From positions 25,978,001-26,042,000 of the forward strand of contig NW_025964334.1 in assembly GCF_023055435.1 (NCBI RefSeq): a stretch of 64,000 bases of DNA, given 5' to 3'. The stretch is from Haliotis rufescens (lineage: Eukaryota). The stretch's first letter is position 1, and each line of letters begins with the position of its first letter. The translations under genes were made by a program, and so were the position numbers. Positions 12,301-28,853 of this stretch are shown one piece after another. The notes below the pieces were generated by a model. It saw only the letters and a program-made list of their open reading frames with translations. It did not search any database and had not been told where the DNA came from.

Positions 12301-15300
12301 TTGCATGTATATTTCTTCTTATGATGACATCATTATTACGATTTCGGTGTTATTTTCTTGTTTTCTGAATTATGCAGAAAATAGTTTAACTCATGTTAAG
12401 TGGCTGCCTTTGTTGACATTATAAACTGTTGACTATATATCCAGGTGAGCTACAGTGCCATGGCACTATTTTTATTACTTCAGACACTTTTAAGAGGTAA
12501 TTGGTTCACAGAATTACAGTCTGTGCCAAAAGTGTTTAAGACTACTAGCCCGAACATGGCTCTTGGCATCATTTTCAGCAGAATTTATTGTGATTATGAA
12601 GACTATTATAAACTGAGCTTACAAGATTGAACAGATTTTACTACATGCAGGCTTTGGTCTTGTGGCTAAAGTTTCTGACTGGATTTATAATTTCTGCAGT
12701 GATTCTCTTTCTTCTAACTTCAGTAAAAACGGACTTATCTCATATCATGCATATCTAAATCACAACAGGATCATGTACATGTTGACAGTTTTGAGAAATG
12801 CTATTTACCATGCAGACAAGTGATGGACTTATTTCTATTTAGATTGAGGACCAATACGGTATCACCCCATTGCTATCTGCCATCTTTGAAGGTCACAAAG
12901 AAACTGTTGCACTCCTGTTGAAAAAAGTAAGTCTTGTTTTCAGCTCCCCTGACTGAAAGTCACCCCTGTCAGCAGTATTTCAGCTGCTGGGTAAAATCTG
13001 CAGAAAATGTCAGTAAAAGTTCCCAACTTGGAATTATGATTTTCCCTATTCATGTGAATATATACTCTTCATAAAGTAGGGGATACTTGGATATAACTTA
13101 AAAATTTCAAAGATATTAGGTTTTAGTAACAGTTGTATGATGATAATGAAAGAATTTGGAACAATACAAGCTTTTGTAACGTAGACAGCAGATGTTATGA
13201 CCGCCAACAATCTTGAAGGATGATAGGGTTAAGATTGGAACTCTCAAAGTTGACGTTTTTGGATCAGTGGTGTGTAATGCCACCATGATTTGTCAAACAT
13301 TCATTCACTCAGTAGTGCCTGTTGTGTACAAGTCTCCCAATGGCGATTTGAGGGAGTGTCCCAATCTCTTGCACAGTCTGACCAAGTTCAGCCAACGTGG
13401 TCCGTGTCCTATGATATTGACACACACATCTCTCAATCATTTCCCTGACGTGTTCAGTTGGGGAAAGGTCTGGGGTCATTGCTGGCCATGGCTGTCTATG
13501 GATATTGTGCTGCTGATAGTGAGCATTGATGATTCGTACACCGTGAGCACGGGCACTGTCTTCCTGAAAGACAAGACTTCGACCCACACACCTTGCAAAC
13601 AATACAACAAAGGGTGTCAGTATTTTGTCCCGATAGTACTGACCATCGGTGCAATATGTAGTGGGTTTCGTTCAGTCATTATGATGCCACCCCACACGAC
13701 TACTGATCCACCACCAAATCTGTCATGAGGTCTCGGGTTGTCATTGGCTAGACGTTCATTTCGATGTTGCAAGTGATTTGGGACTTATCTGAAAACATGA
13801 CACATGACCAGCGATAAATGCTCCAGTTTTGATGTTGTGTACACCACTGACGTCTGTTGGCACAATGACGATTTGTAAGGGGTCGTCTAACTTGTATCCG
13901 TCGAGCCTGGACACAGAGCTCCAGATAAGCTGTGTATCTGCGTAAAATACGCATCAGAAATGCAGAAATATGCAGTAAATGCAGAAATATGCAGTAAAAT
14001 AAAATCCAAGCGTATAAAATACGCAACGAACATTACAGATACGCTACAAAAATAAAACTTGTGCGTATCATCAAAATATTGTGAAGTAACCCTGTGTATT
14101 CGATTAGCAAATCAGCAACTTATTTTGAAATTATATACGGACATTCCGTCAACCTTGCCAAACTCCACTATGACAGTTACATCATGATCATTTGCGATCA
14201 CACTTTCTTGTGGAAGTATCGTGGTATTTTTTAGTCCTATAAAGCTCTCGAACCCACACGACACCATTTTGCTGGGACTAGATGAATAGTGTTTTTAAAT
14301 ATTTAACTTAAATACCCACATGTGTAAAAACTAGTGGGTAACAGAAATTTGAATACCCAGATAGAATTACTGATACCCAATGATTTTAAAATGCATGGGT
14401 AAAATACCCACAACACCAAAAGCTTATCTGTAGCTCTGTTGTAGAAGATTCAGGCCTCAAGGTTTAAATTTTTACCAAATGGCCATATGGCGACCAGTAT
14501 TGTCTTCCAGGTAGCGAGTGGTAAAATCAAGCAGTCAAGCCAATGTTGTAGGTAGCCAAAAGCATTTGAAATTATCTTTTATCAAATAACTATTATAATA
14601 CTAGTATATATACAAGTCATAGCACTAGTCTTGGAATTGTATATTAGTGGAAACTGTACTTGACTTTTGTTATTTGTGGCTCGAACAATGATGCAATTTA
14701 TGTTACTAGATTGCATAGGTATATCCTTGCTTATCCAATAAATTATCAACTAAATTAAACACTAATTACATCAATATTTATGTATTTCGGTTCATCGTTG
14801 ACTTTAGGAGGAATTTATTTTGAGTACAAAATTAGTAGCAGACATTTTGTGTCTACACATATGTAGCAAAAGAATTTAGTCGCCACAAGATATTTTTTAA
14901 GGTAGCCATTTGGCTACCTCTGAATTTTAGACAGTAGACAAATTGAAATTTAGGTCGCATTACCGACCGTTTTAGTCGCAACTTTGAGGCCTGAGATTTC
15001 TAATCGTCTGACCCATAACTTGTACTCCAGCAGCCCAGGCCTCAAAGGGGCAACTAGAACACCAAAGCGACCTAAATTGCAGTGTGTCTACTATGAAATA
15101 TTCAGAGATCACCAAATGACTACCTTGAAAAAATATCTTATCGATTAAGTTGTATTACTTCACATGAGCAGACACGGAAACAAAGAACTTGATTGACATT
15201 TGCTTCCATGCTTTCTTGATCGCCTGTTATTTCTGATTGCAATGTAACTCGTATAACCACACTCGTGTCAAATAACCAGGTCAATAAACATTTTGATAGC

Positions 15301-17009
15301 TCCATGCAGCAGTGTGAGGATTTGGTTTGGTTAATAATTTTACTGTGTGCAGTGCCTTGAGGTTACAAACTTCTGACATGCGTAGACTGTTCCATTTTAC
15401 GTGACAACATCATGGCAAAATACTTCTCCATCTTCGTACAGCCAAAAACGATTGTACCACCGAAAGTTGTTGGTGAAAATGATGATGATAGTAACTTTGA
15501 AAGTAATAAATAGTCAAGGTTGACGTGATCCCGAGCCGATGGACGCAAATGAAGACAAGGTGGTGACGTTTGAAAGTAAAATAAATTAGTTGAAAAGAAA
15601 AACAAAGAATGGCTGACGAAGTATACGTGGATAATATACGATTCCAAGACTAATGCTATGACTTGTACATATTTTAATAGGAATTGAACTAAAAATGCTT
15701 TTAAAACATATTTTCAAATCTTGTTTACATACAATTTTGGCTTGACTTCTTGATTTTACCAGTGGCTACCTGGAAAAGGTATTTGTAGCCATATGACTAC
15801 TTGATAAACAATGAAAATTGGAGGCCTGTAACCTGATAAATGGTTTGCAGTAATTTGATCCGCCGTTTGAAATCGATTTTGTTGAACCTGGTTTGGGATC
15901 AATTGACCCTGTACTTTGGTTGTAGACCTGAAATGCCCTGAACAGAATTGATCCTCAACATTTTGGGTTTGTTGGTACCTGTTCCACAGTCTGCTAATCA
16001 CAGACTGGGAAACATTAAACACATTGGCCACTGCATGCTGACTTCTTCCAGTTTCCTGGGGCACGGGTCGCCCAGTCGTCTAAGGCGCTGCGATTCGCTG
16101 TGCAGCGTCCCTTGGGCTCGCCAGAAACCTATGATAGTGGGTTCGAATCCCGGTTCGCCCCAATTATGTTTCTAGGTTTGTCAGCACCATACCCGTGCTC
16201 GTGGGTTTCACTGAAGTGGTAAACGTCTGTGGCCTGCATCACTTCGGGCTTTCCTCCCACATTAAGCTGACACGCCGTGATATAACTGCAATACTGTTAA
16301 AAGCAGCGTTAAACCCAACTCACTCACTCACTCTTCCAGTTTCCAGCATGCCAATAGCCTGTTGACGCTCTGCGCGTTGAAGTGAGTGAGTGAGTGAGTT
16401 GTGTTTAACGCCACTTTTAACAGTGTGGCTTTTAACTTGGCTCACTATCATTTCATCACACCGCTTCCTACTTATAACAAATTCAAAAGTAGCTTTTATC
16501 TTTTGGTAAACTTAAGAGGGTGAAAAACTTTCCATATTCAATTACGACTATTGTTAACTACTCAATAATTTCATGGCACAGTATGTACAGTTATATTATG
16601 TTGACCCGTGAAAATTCGGGGTAGAATAGACCTTCAGCAACCCATGCTTGCCGTAAAAGGCGACTATGCTTGTCGTAAAAGGCGACTAACGGGATCGGGT
16701 CGTCAGGCTCACTGACTTGGTTGATGCATGTCATTGATCCCAATTGCGTGGATCGATGCTCATGATATTAATCACTGGATTGTCTGGTCCAGACTCGATT
16801 ATTTACAGACTGCTGTCATATAGCTGGAATATTGCTGAGTGCGGCGTAAAACAACAAACCAACCAACTTATATTATGGTATATCTTTCACTATTCAGTGT
16901 GTATTTTGGTTTTCAGGGCGCAAACAAGAATGGAAAGTCGCCTGACGGGAGGCCATATCTGGACTGTGCAGAAACAGATGAGATGAAGTCTCTTCTAAGC
17001 AAGGCTTAG
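9311..17009 (+). CDS. MTPN: Myotrophin (V-1), ankyrin-repeat capping-protein regulator, 125 aa
   Basis: Exons 9311-9400, 10745-10855, 12843-12926, 16917-17009, all GT-AG, phase 0. Translation MADEAELSKSFLWSVKNGDISEVK…GRSPIHFAADYGQTAVVEYLV…[35 protein letters not shown]… matches myotrophin motifs. Confidence 0.95.
13914..14438. mobile_element. hAT-like MITE (TIR CAGAGCTCCAGATAAGC)
   Basis: TIR pair; near-identical copy at 61912-62417. Confidence 0.85.
14451..14993. mobile_element. hAT-like MITE (TIR CAGGCCTCAA), 5-bp TSD AGATT
   Basis: TIRs plus flanking AGATT on both sides. Confidence 0.8.
15036..15828. mobile_element. hAT-like MITE, same family as 14451-14993 in opposite orientation
   Basis: CAGGCCTC…GAGGCCTG termini; degenerate TSD CAGCC/TAACC. 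Confidence 0.75.
16057..16331 (+). mobile_element. tRNA-derived SINE family C (long head, TTCCTCCCAC core)
   Basis: B-box GGTTCGAATCC, (CACT)n tail, 13-bp TSD TCTTCCAGTTTCC (16044-56 and 16332-44). Copies at 61522-61808 (nested in an older copy), ~11870-12105, ~21600-21772. Confidence 0.9.
16603..16867 (+). mobile_element. Non-tRNA short retroposon family B (starts GACCCGTGAA), full length
   Basis: TSD TTATATTATG(T/G)T; (AAAC)n-type tail; shares the GCTGGAATATTGCT 3' motif with SINE family A. Confidence 0.85.
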
Positions 17010-20000
17010 ATGAGGAATATTTAATGTTTGACCACAATCTTTGTCCAACAGCAGACCAAGTTTACAGATTATTTCCTACAACTCCCCAGTATTTACGCAG
17101 TGCGTTAACAGAGGAGGTGTGACGACATGACCTGTATTTGTCGGAGCTGTCTCTCGGTTACATGTCCATATGATGAATGAGTAGAAACCAACGTTTCCTT
17201 AGCTACAAAGTGCTATCGGAGTTATCTTTAATGTTGTACACCTCTCTGTAAGAACATTTGTTGACAATATATATGGGACCATTGTTTGAACTATCAAAAC
17301 CTGATATTTATGAGATACTTTTCATTAAGATACATGATTAAATGTATTTGTTATGAACAGAGAATTGGTATGTCAACTTTGTAAAGGAGTGTTTCACTTC
17401 TCCTTTTCTAATGGGTTAAACAGGCTTTTGGGTAGCCTAGTGGTTAAAGCGTCGCTTGTTTTCGGGGATGGCAGAGTTCTTTCCCAACATGGGTACAATG
17501 TGTGGAGCCTATTTCTGGTGTCCCCCACCGTGATATTGCTGGAATGTTGCTAGAAGCTGCATGAAACATACTCTCCTGGGTTCCATACTTTTGTGTTAAT
17601 GCTCGTTGTTGCCTTCCACGTCCTCAATAGTTTTTGACCATGGAATGGAACTAAAACATTTTCCATCAATGTGAAGAACAAAACACTGAATTGTAGTGTA
17701 CAAAATCATGTATCATGTTTATATAAATCATCAACCATTGTTTTTAAATATACTGAGCTGATTAATCGTTGGCTGAAATAATGAGTCTGTCTGTAACATG
17801 GCGGTCACATGATCACCAACCATTGGACCACGGGATGTAAAACTGGGAAGAGCATCACTTCTCTTTAAAACACCTGACATCCTTGTAATCCGAAAATATC
17901 GAAAAGAAAATGTAAATTTTTGATATTGCCCAATTTTAAAACTCTTATATTTAGAACCAATTGTGTTCTAATATTATTTTGTTTTGTGATGATTATGTAT
18001 CTTTAGTATAAGTAACAACGAGCATGAAACACCAGGGGCTTGGGTCAGTTGTGGTTCTTGTCTTACATTGTAGTGACTAAAGGAAGAATGTTTTGAGAAA
18101 CCCTTTTATTTGGTTAAAAGTTGACTGTTGTGTCGGGGGTCGTAACCTGCTGGTTTCAGCATTTGCTTGTCAAGATGAAAGAAGGCTATTCAAGGCGTCT
18201 CCAAACATAGTTCTGCTTGAATATTGCTAAAAGCAGTATATAAACATACTCACTAGTTTGACCTGGAACTTATTTCCTTGCTGATTAACTGTTTAAGGGT
18301 ATAGAGTATCCGAAATGTCGTCACACCTCTCTATAATAAGATTCCTGGCTTGGTGCTTATGGGATATTCCAAGTTTCTGAACAGTTTATCTGTTTCAGAA
18401 CATATTGTCTCGAAGGAGGAGTGCTCACAAACAATATTTTATTGCAGTTTTCATCTGAATGATGATATTCTTTTTACACTTGTCTGTTTGTAAAAAATCA
18501 TCAAATTGGAAAAAAATGTTTAGCAAGTTAAAGCTGATAGAATTTTCAATGGTTGTTAGATTATCCTTGTTTGTTTATTTTCCGTACAAAGCTGCTTATT
18601 TGTTGATGTCAAGATTGGGCTATTTCGTCTGCATTTTCTGAACATACTTAATATGAATAGGACCATGATTAAAAAGTATTTGTTTTGATGAATGATATTT
18701 TTTATATGCTTGAATGGTTTAATAAATTCATTACTTGCTTATGATTAGAACATGCTTTGCCTTGAAGAAACTGTGATGATGCTTACTCCAAAGCTGATCT
18801 CGGTATAATCATCTGGTAACAAGAAACGTATTTCATGTATCAGGAGCCAAGGAAATATTCATATGTATTCAAAGACGGGCATTTTTAAAGACATATTTGA
18901 GATTTGTTTTTGAAAACATGGTGCAGGGTGCTTAGTGGCGAAGGGCACTTTCGTTCGTGCCATGCAATTGAATCATGTTTATTATTTTGTTTGATTGTTG
19001 ACATGACTTCTTGACTAATGTGAACAACTACATTGGATTGCCTATTCTTTCTGTAACTCAAACTGGTTAAATAAAAAAAATCAATAAAATGTTTTCTGAA
19101 CAAAAATGGACAATAGATGGTATTGACTCGTTTCTTTGTATGATTTGATGTCTTAAAAGTAATGTAATGCAACGAATTAATAAAATATTGATCTGATTTG
19201 ATATTCAATTGACAATATATACTATGAGCATTTTTGTATTATAAGAATCTTGGTATATAATTATCCGCATGGTACAGGGTTCTTTAGCTGCTTGTGTTTT
19301 TTGTTGCTAATGTTAACATCCGATTAACCAGCCCTGCTACTAAAATAACTATCTAGATGCTTCTTGACATGACACATGCTCTGAAGTAGCGATCATTGGC
19401 ATTAATCACAAATTAGGCCAGACCCCTTTTCCTTGTTTTTCGGATATTTGAGAATGTCAAATATAAGATTCTGAAGAGCCAGCAAGACCAAGATGGTTAA
19501 TTGGACACCATCACTTTAAAAACATCACATTTGAAATTAATGTAACATGTCAGGACATAATTTTGAAAAGACCTCTTTTTGCAAAGGTTGATTTCCTCAA
19601 AATAGGCCATTAATCAAAGTTCATGACATCTATAACAAGGAGATATTTGAAATAAGCATTTCCCACATACAGTTACATGTACTTTCAATAGAACTTGGGC
19701 GTGTTCTCTTTTTGGTTTTGCAACAGCAACAACATGCTAGGTCCTTATAAGAGTCTCATCTTCCTCTTCCTCTTACGGGGCAGTGGGGTAGCTTAGTGGT
19801 TAATGCGTTTACTCGTCACGCCGAACGCCCAGGTACAATTCCCCACATGGGTGCAATGTGTGAAGCCCATGTCTGGTGGCCCCTGCCATGATATTGAGGG
19901 AAAATTGTTCAAAGGAACATAAAGCCATCTCGTTCCCACTCTTCCCCTTGTGATGTCATCATCTGATTTTGTATGAAATGTCACTGTCTTACACTTCCAT

Positions 20001-20474
20001 GTGTGGAGGATATTTCTGCCCAGTTAGTACTGCGACACATTTTTCTTTTGTTTTAGGTTGGATTTATCGAAATGATGCTGTGTTTTCTATTCAGAAACAG
20101 TTTGTGTGAGAATGAGTCTTATTTTGTAGACTTGTCACAACACATGCTTTAGATATTTTTCTACCCATTCTTGGTAGGATATTTTTCTGTTGTCTAGTGG
20201 AAAATAAATCCAGATTCTTATATATGTTTTGTAGTTATTTTTTGGAAACATTGTTTCACAAAGAATTGTTAAAACTGAGCTGAAAACATAATTTCTGTTT
20301 TCTTTAACTTGGTTTTGATTTAATAACACATAGTCTCAATAAGTGTTTTGTAATTAATTACAAGGTCTACGGACTATAAACTTTTCAAATGTGAAATATC
20401 TAGAACAATTTGTAAATATATTTCTGCAATAAAACTAGCCTCTGTATGAGATCAATATGGTCACATGCACACAA

Positions 20475-20734
20475 GACCCATGAAGATTCTGGGGCAGAAT
20501 AGGTCTTCAGCAACCCATGCTTGCCGTAAAAGGCGGCTATGCTTGTCGTGAAAGGCGACTAACAGGATCGGGTGGTCAGGCTCGCTGACTTGGTTGATGC
20601 ATGTCATTGATCCCAATTGCGCGGAGCGATGCTCATGATATTAATCACTGGATTGTCTGGTCCAGATTCGATTATTTACAGACCGCCGTCATATAGCTGG
20701 AATATTGCTGAGTGCGGCGTTAAACAACAAACCA
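20475..20734 (+). mobile_element. Family B retroposon, full length
   Basis: TSD ACATGCACACAA. Confidence 0.85.
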
Positions 20735-21800
20735 ACATGCACACAATTATAATATCTGTGCTTCAATGGGTCGGACAGTTGATATTCATCAACTTCAGTT
20801 TCAGAACTGTTTTTGTCAACCAACAACCTAGTGCCTAGCAATTGTCTTTGAAATTCAAATCTGTAAATCATGTCATGAAAAGACACGTAATTAGGATATT
20901 ATAGCAATGTGTTTGCAGGGTAAATATGCTCTTCAATGGTGATGCTTCTGTGGAGTGAGTGCTGAGGAGGAGTTACTTCCCTTTGTTAGAAGTATTGTCT
21001 CTATATTTATGGCTGTTGATATTTCTGTATTGGAAGGCATAATACTCTTTCATAGTAGTCATGAAAGCTGCCTGCCCCAAACACTGAAATGCAAAGCAAG
21101 ACAAAAATATTAACTGTCAGGTCCATGGGATGTGTACTGGAAGGGAACCACCCCTACCATCTTTTATCAGACAATTCTGAGTTGTGGTCTTGTTTTCGTT
21201 CTCTTTTTGTTTGTTTGTTGTTTAAAGCCGCACTCAGCAATATTTCAGCTATATGATGACGATCTGTAAATAATCTAGCCTGGACCAGACAGTCCAGTGA
21301 TTGACATCATGAGCATCGATCTACGCGATTGGGAATTCACTTTTTTATTTGAGCAGAGTGCACCCCTATATTATAAAAATGCAGATTCCAACTCTGATGT
21401 GCCAGCTCAAAATTGTACCTCGTGAAAGATGATTCAGGGAAATATTTGTATATTCTTTTTATGAATTAAGGACCAAATATGAAAACCATTTCCCAATGAT
21501 ATGCTTTTATGATTGTTTCATAGATGAAAGTTTGATGAATGACGAGACAATTGATAAGTGCTTTTATTTGATGCTTTTCACTTCAGCTTGATATTTATCC
21601 AAGGTGCTGCAATTGGCTGTGGGTTCATATTCCGGTTCATTCCCAGGCTCACTTTCACCCAGTGGTAAACGTTGAAGACCTGCATCACTTCGGGCTTTCC
21701 TTCCAGGTCAAGCTGACATGCTGAGATATAACTGGAATACTGTTCAACTCAGTGTTAAACCAAACTCACTCATGTAAAGCTTGTGCTTGACTTGTTTATC

Positions 21801-21880
21801 ACAGATTTATTTGTCTGTTGTGGAATTCATGTCATAGCATACAGATTTATTTGTCTGTTGTGGAATGCATGTCATAGCAT
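21801..21880. repeat. 40-bp tandem duplication
   Basis: Two adjacent copies differing at one base. Confidence 0.9.
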
Positions 21881-22720
21881 ACACACTTTCATAAATATTC
21901 TCCCACATTGTCTGCACTGTTTAAAGGTATCTTAAAGCCAGAATATACTACTCCACTTTTGATAGGGATATTTTTATCTTTCCATGACACAAAAGTTATT
22001 CTCATCAGAGTGTGGGGTGGTCGGGAACCTAGTGGTTAAAGCTCGTCACGCTGAAGACCCAGGTTTGATTCCCGACATGGGTACTATGTGTGAAGCCCAT
22101 TTCTGGTGTCCCCCGCAGTGATATTGCTGGAACATTGCTAAAAGCGGCGTAAAACCATACTCACTCACTCTAATAATAGTGTATATATAAATAGAATGGA
22201 CATACCTAATTATCCCTACCAAAGTTTACTATATTAAACTGATTATAAGATTTTCATTCATTCCCTCACCACCACCTCAGAATATTATTGTCCCTAAATA
22301 CCAAAAGATGAAGAAAATCTGTGTTGCTCTCTTTCTTTACTTGATGAATACACTCTATACCGGGGTACATATTCCTATCAAACAGTTATGGTTCATTTGA
22401 TTCACGTCCTTTAAAACTGACCGTCTCCGTTATCTAGTTGACAGCATCTGCCTGGAGAGTGGAAGGTTGAGGGTTCAATCCCCTGAGTGTGCCATACCAA
22501 AAGATGTTTAAAGATGGTACTTGTTACCGTGCTTGGCGTTGGGCATTAAGGAGCTAAAACAAGGAGTGTTCGGCTCGGAGACAGTGTACCGTGTCTGAGT
22601 GGGGTATTTATGTTAAACTGTGGCATTGTATCTACATGGGATAGCACCATAAAACTGACAGTCTGGACTGGTACAAGCCGCAACAAGCACAGATGTGCAT
22701 GCATGTCGTTATGCAAGTGC

Positions 22721-23078
22721 AACTAGAGTTTGCCACTAACGTGGCTATATCCCCCGCCCCTACTGCAGAATTTAGGACATAATTAAATCTAAACAAACCC
22801 TAACCTTTTTGAACCGAGGTGGAACTTGTCATGGAAATTGTAAAAAAAAGAAGAGTTTGGAACCGAAGTCCATCTTGTTGCCATGGAAACAAAAAAATAA
22901 AAATTTCTAAAATTTCTAAATAGCAAAAGCCACCAGTTCTGCATGTACTTGACAGACCTTTTTTTATTGATGAAAAAATATTGAACGGTTTCTGAGTTAT
23001 GCTCCGGAAAAGAAATGTGACGGACGAACAGAGCCCGTTTCTATATCCCCCGCCAACTTTGTTGGTCGGGGGATAATC
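22721..23078 (-). mobile_element. Non-autonomous Helentron/HINE (DINE-1-like) inserted in a SINE
   Basis: TATCCCCCGC subterminal repeats, terminal hairpin GCCAC…GTGGC, CTAGTT end on the minus strand; same architecture as 55935-57078. Confidence 0.7.
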
Positions 23079-24065
23079 ATGAATGCTGCGTAAACCCCAT
23101 TTCACCTCACCCTGTGAAAAGTAATGTTCAGAGACTTGTAAACTGATATATGTAGTAAAATGTTATTTTTTAATTTGGAAGAAAATATTACATGCTATTT
23201 TAGCCTAATTGTATGGAGTACAAAATAATGGATAATCGAAGATGAACCAGCAGTACAGAACACCTTTTCTCGGAGTTGGGGCAGACACCACCCTCACAGT
23301 TTCATTAAGGGGCCTTGGCTGTAGTATGTTTCACTTAATCTTTAACAATCAATAGATTACTTAGTGGTGGGGGTGGTATGGCAGAAATTAACATATATAT
23401 ATATATTTCTTTTGAATTATTAAAAAATATTCCAGCTACAGTCAAACACTGTTGTGTCGAAGTTGAAGGGACCTACCTAAATACTTATTCGAGGTTCGAC
23501 ACAATCGAAGATGAATATAGAAAGAATACAGAGGGACTATTCCCGATTTTGAGCTGTTTTGCATTTCATCATTCTCATTTAGAGCCCAACAGGCTTTACC
23601 TGAATACTGATTGGCGAAATCTTATTCTGAATTTGTTAAATACCGAACCTGTCATTTCGTTCGTATATGTAGATATAGTTGTAGACATCAGTGAGATCTG
23701 CTAACTACCAGTTACTTGTGTGTAGTGATGTATTGGTCTGTGCCTTCAGAATTAGTGACAAGCACTGGTATGGACCCGTGAAGATCTGGGGTAGAAAAGG
23801 TCTTCAGTAACCCATGCTTGTCGCAAGAGGCTAACTGGATCGGATGGTCGTATCTCGATTGCGTAGATGGATGCTCATATGAATCACTGGACCACCGTCA
23901 TAGAGCTGGAATATTGCCGAGTGTAGCATTAAACAAAAAAACAAAACAAACACTAGTGTGATCTCGTTGAGCCATGGCAGAATGGACTTAAGTACTAGGA
24001 TAAGTTAAATCAGTCGATCCATATGGTCTGGTTTCGTGAGTCTACTACCTTTAGCAGGTAATTTT

Positions 24066-24452
24066 TAGGGCTGGCAAAAAAAATTAATTGATAATCTGAA
24101 CTTATCGGCGATGGGAAAAAATATTAACAATTATCAATATAAAAATTGTCTCATCGATCAGATCTTACATAACTATTGTGATGAAATAAAGATAGGTTTA
24201 CCAAAACAGACTTGTTATTATCAGTTGCTGAAGATGGAAAGTAACTTTTTTTGTTATATTTTGAATGTCCACAAAGTAATCCCTGCATAAATGACATGTG
24301 CCACCACTCACCAGTGGAGCGAAATATGTTGATTTCTTTAGGACTTCATTTGCATATTTACTCAAAGTTACTTCTCTGATATTTATCGATAATTGATTGA
24401 TATTTAGTTAACAATGATCTGTCTCTATGATCTGTATCGATAGCCAGCCCTA
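24066..24452. mobile_element. hAT MITE (TIR TAGGGCTGGC, 8-bp TSD)
   Basis: TSD GTAATTTT/GTTATTTT; truncated inverted copy at ~27904-28240. Confidence 0.8.
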
Positions 24453-24745
24453 GTTATTTTACTACCTCACCAAATGTGATCAAACTTATCAATTGTTCAT
24501 TGTTTTCAAGTTTCGCGCCACATTCTTCCAAATGAAAGTGACCTGTGAGTCTCAAACAAACCAGTGATTGAGATCATGAGCAAAATACCAGTGTCTGGGT
24601 ACGACGACATTCAATCAACAAATCACGGAGCCTGACCACCACCTCTTACAAGAACAGGTTGCTGGGGACCTATTCTAACCCCAAATCCAAATGAAGATGT
24701 ACTTGCATGTATATGAATATTGACCGACAGTGCATTGGCAATATG

Positions 24746-24932
24746 CAGGGATGTGAGCAGGTTTCCAAAAAAAAGTCTAGTGGGGTCCGGTTTTCGATAA
24801 CACTTTTTGAGTGTTTTTTGTGTGTAAAAATCTTTGATTATATTTTTACGCTGAAGATGATTTTTCCCCTCGAGGACTACTGTTTAAAAAAACCCTGATT
24901 TTCCTCGTTTCTGCAGAGATTTCACATCCCTG
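24746..24932. mobile_element. MITE (TIR CAGGGATGTGA), 6-bp TSD AATATG
   Basis: TIRs and TSD directly visible. Confidence 0.8.
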
Positions 24933-25041
24933 AATATGTTTTTGCTTGTTTACAAGAACACCTAACATCTTTGTGTCGTCCCCACAAGGCTGCAGGGAAC
25001 AATGTCAATAAAAACACAAGGAGGAGGTTACGTCCCCAGAC

Positions 25042-25047
25042 TTTATT
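25042..25047 (-). terminator. RPS16 polyadenylation signal AATAAA
   Basis: About 17 nt downstream of the stop codon. Confidence 0.75.
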
Positions 25048-25063
25048 ATCACATAGTACAGAC

Positions 25064-28812
<3,749 letters not shown>

Positions 28813-28853
28813 GTTGGAAAAGAAAGGAAGTCGGGAGGGAATACAACTTCCGC
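28813..28853 (-). promoter_or_regulatory. RPS16 polypyrimidine (TCT/5'TOP) initiator and ETS/GABP site
   Basis: CTTCCTTTCTTTTCC just before the ATG; GCGGAAGT at 28853-28846. Confidence 0.8.

Larger units (their letters stand above)
13063..16583 (-). mobile_element. Decayed Tc1/mariner transposon in MTPN intron 3, interrupted by three MITEs and a SINE
   Basis: Minus-strand fragments QQAIGMLETGRSQHAVANVFNVSQSVISRLW (HTH), WSCVMFSDKS, FQEDSARAH, WPAMTPDLSPTEH (degenerate DD34E). Ends approximate; matching TIRs not confirmed. Confidence 0.85.

Noticed and set aside
13213-13728. 171-aa plus-strand ORF
   Set aside because: Antisense shadow of the decayed Tc1 transposase.
17010-20450. Second cistron in the MTPN 3' region (as with mammalian LUZP6)
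   Set aside because: Only short AT-rich ORFs with no recognisable similarity; the poly(A) site cannot be fixed among several AATAAA.
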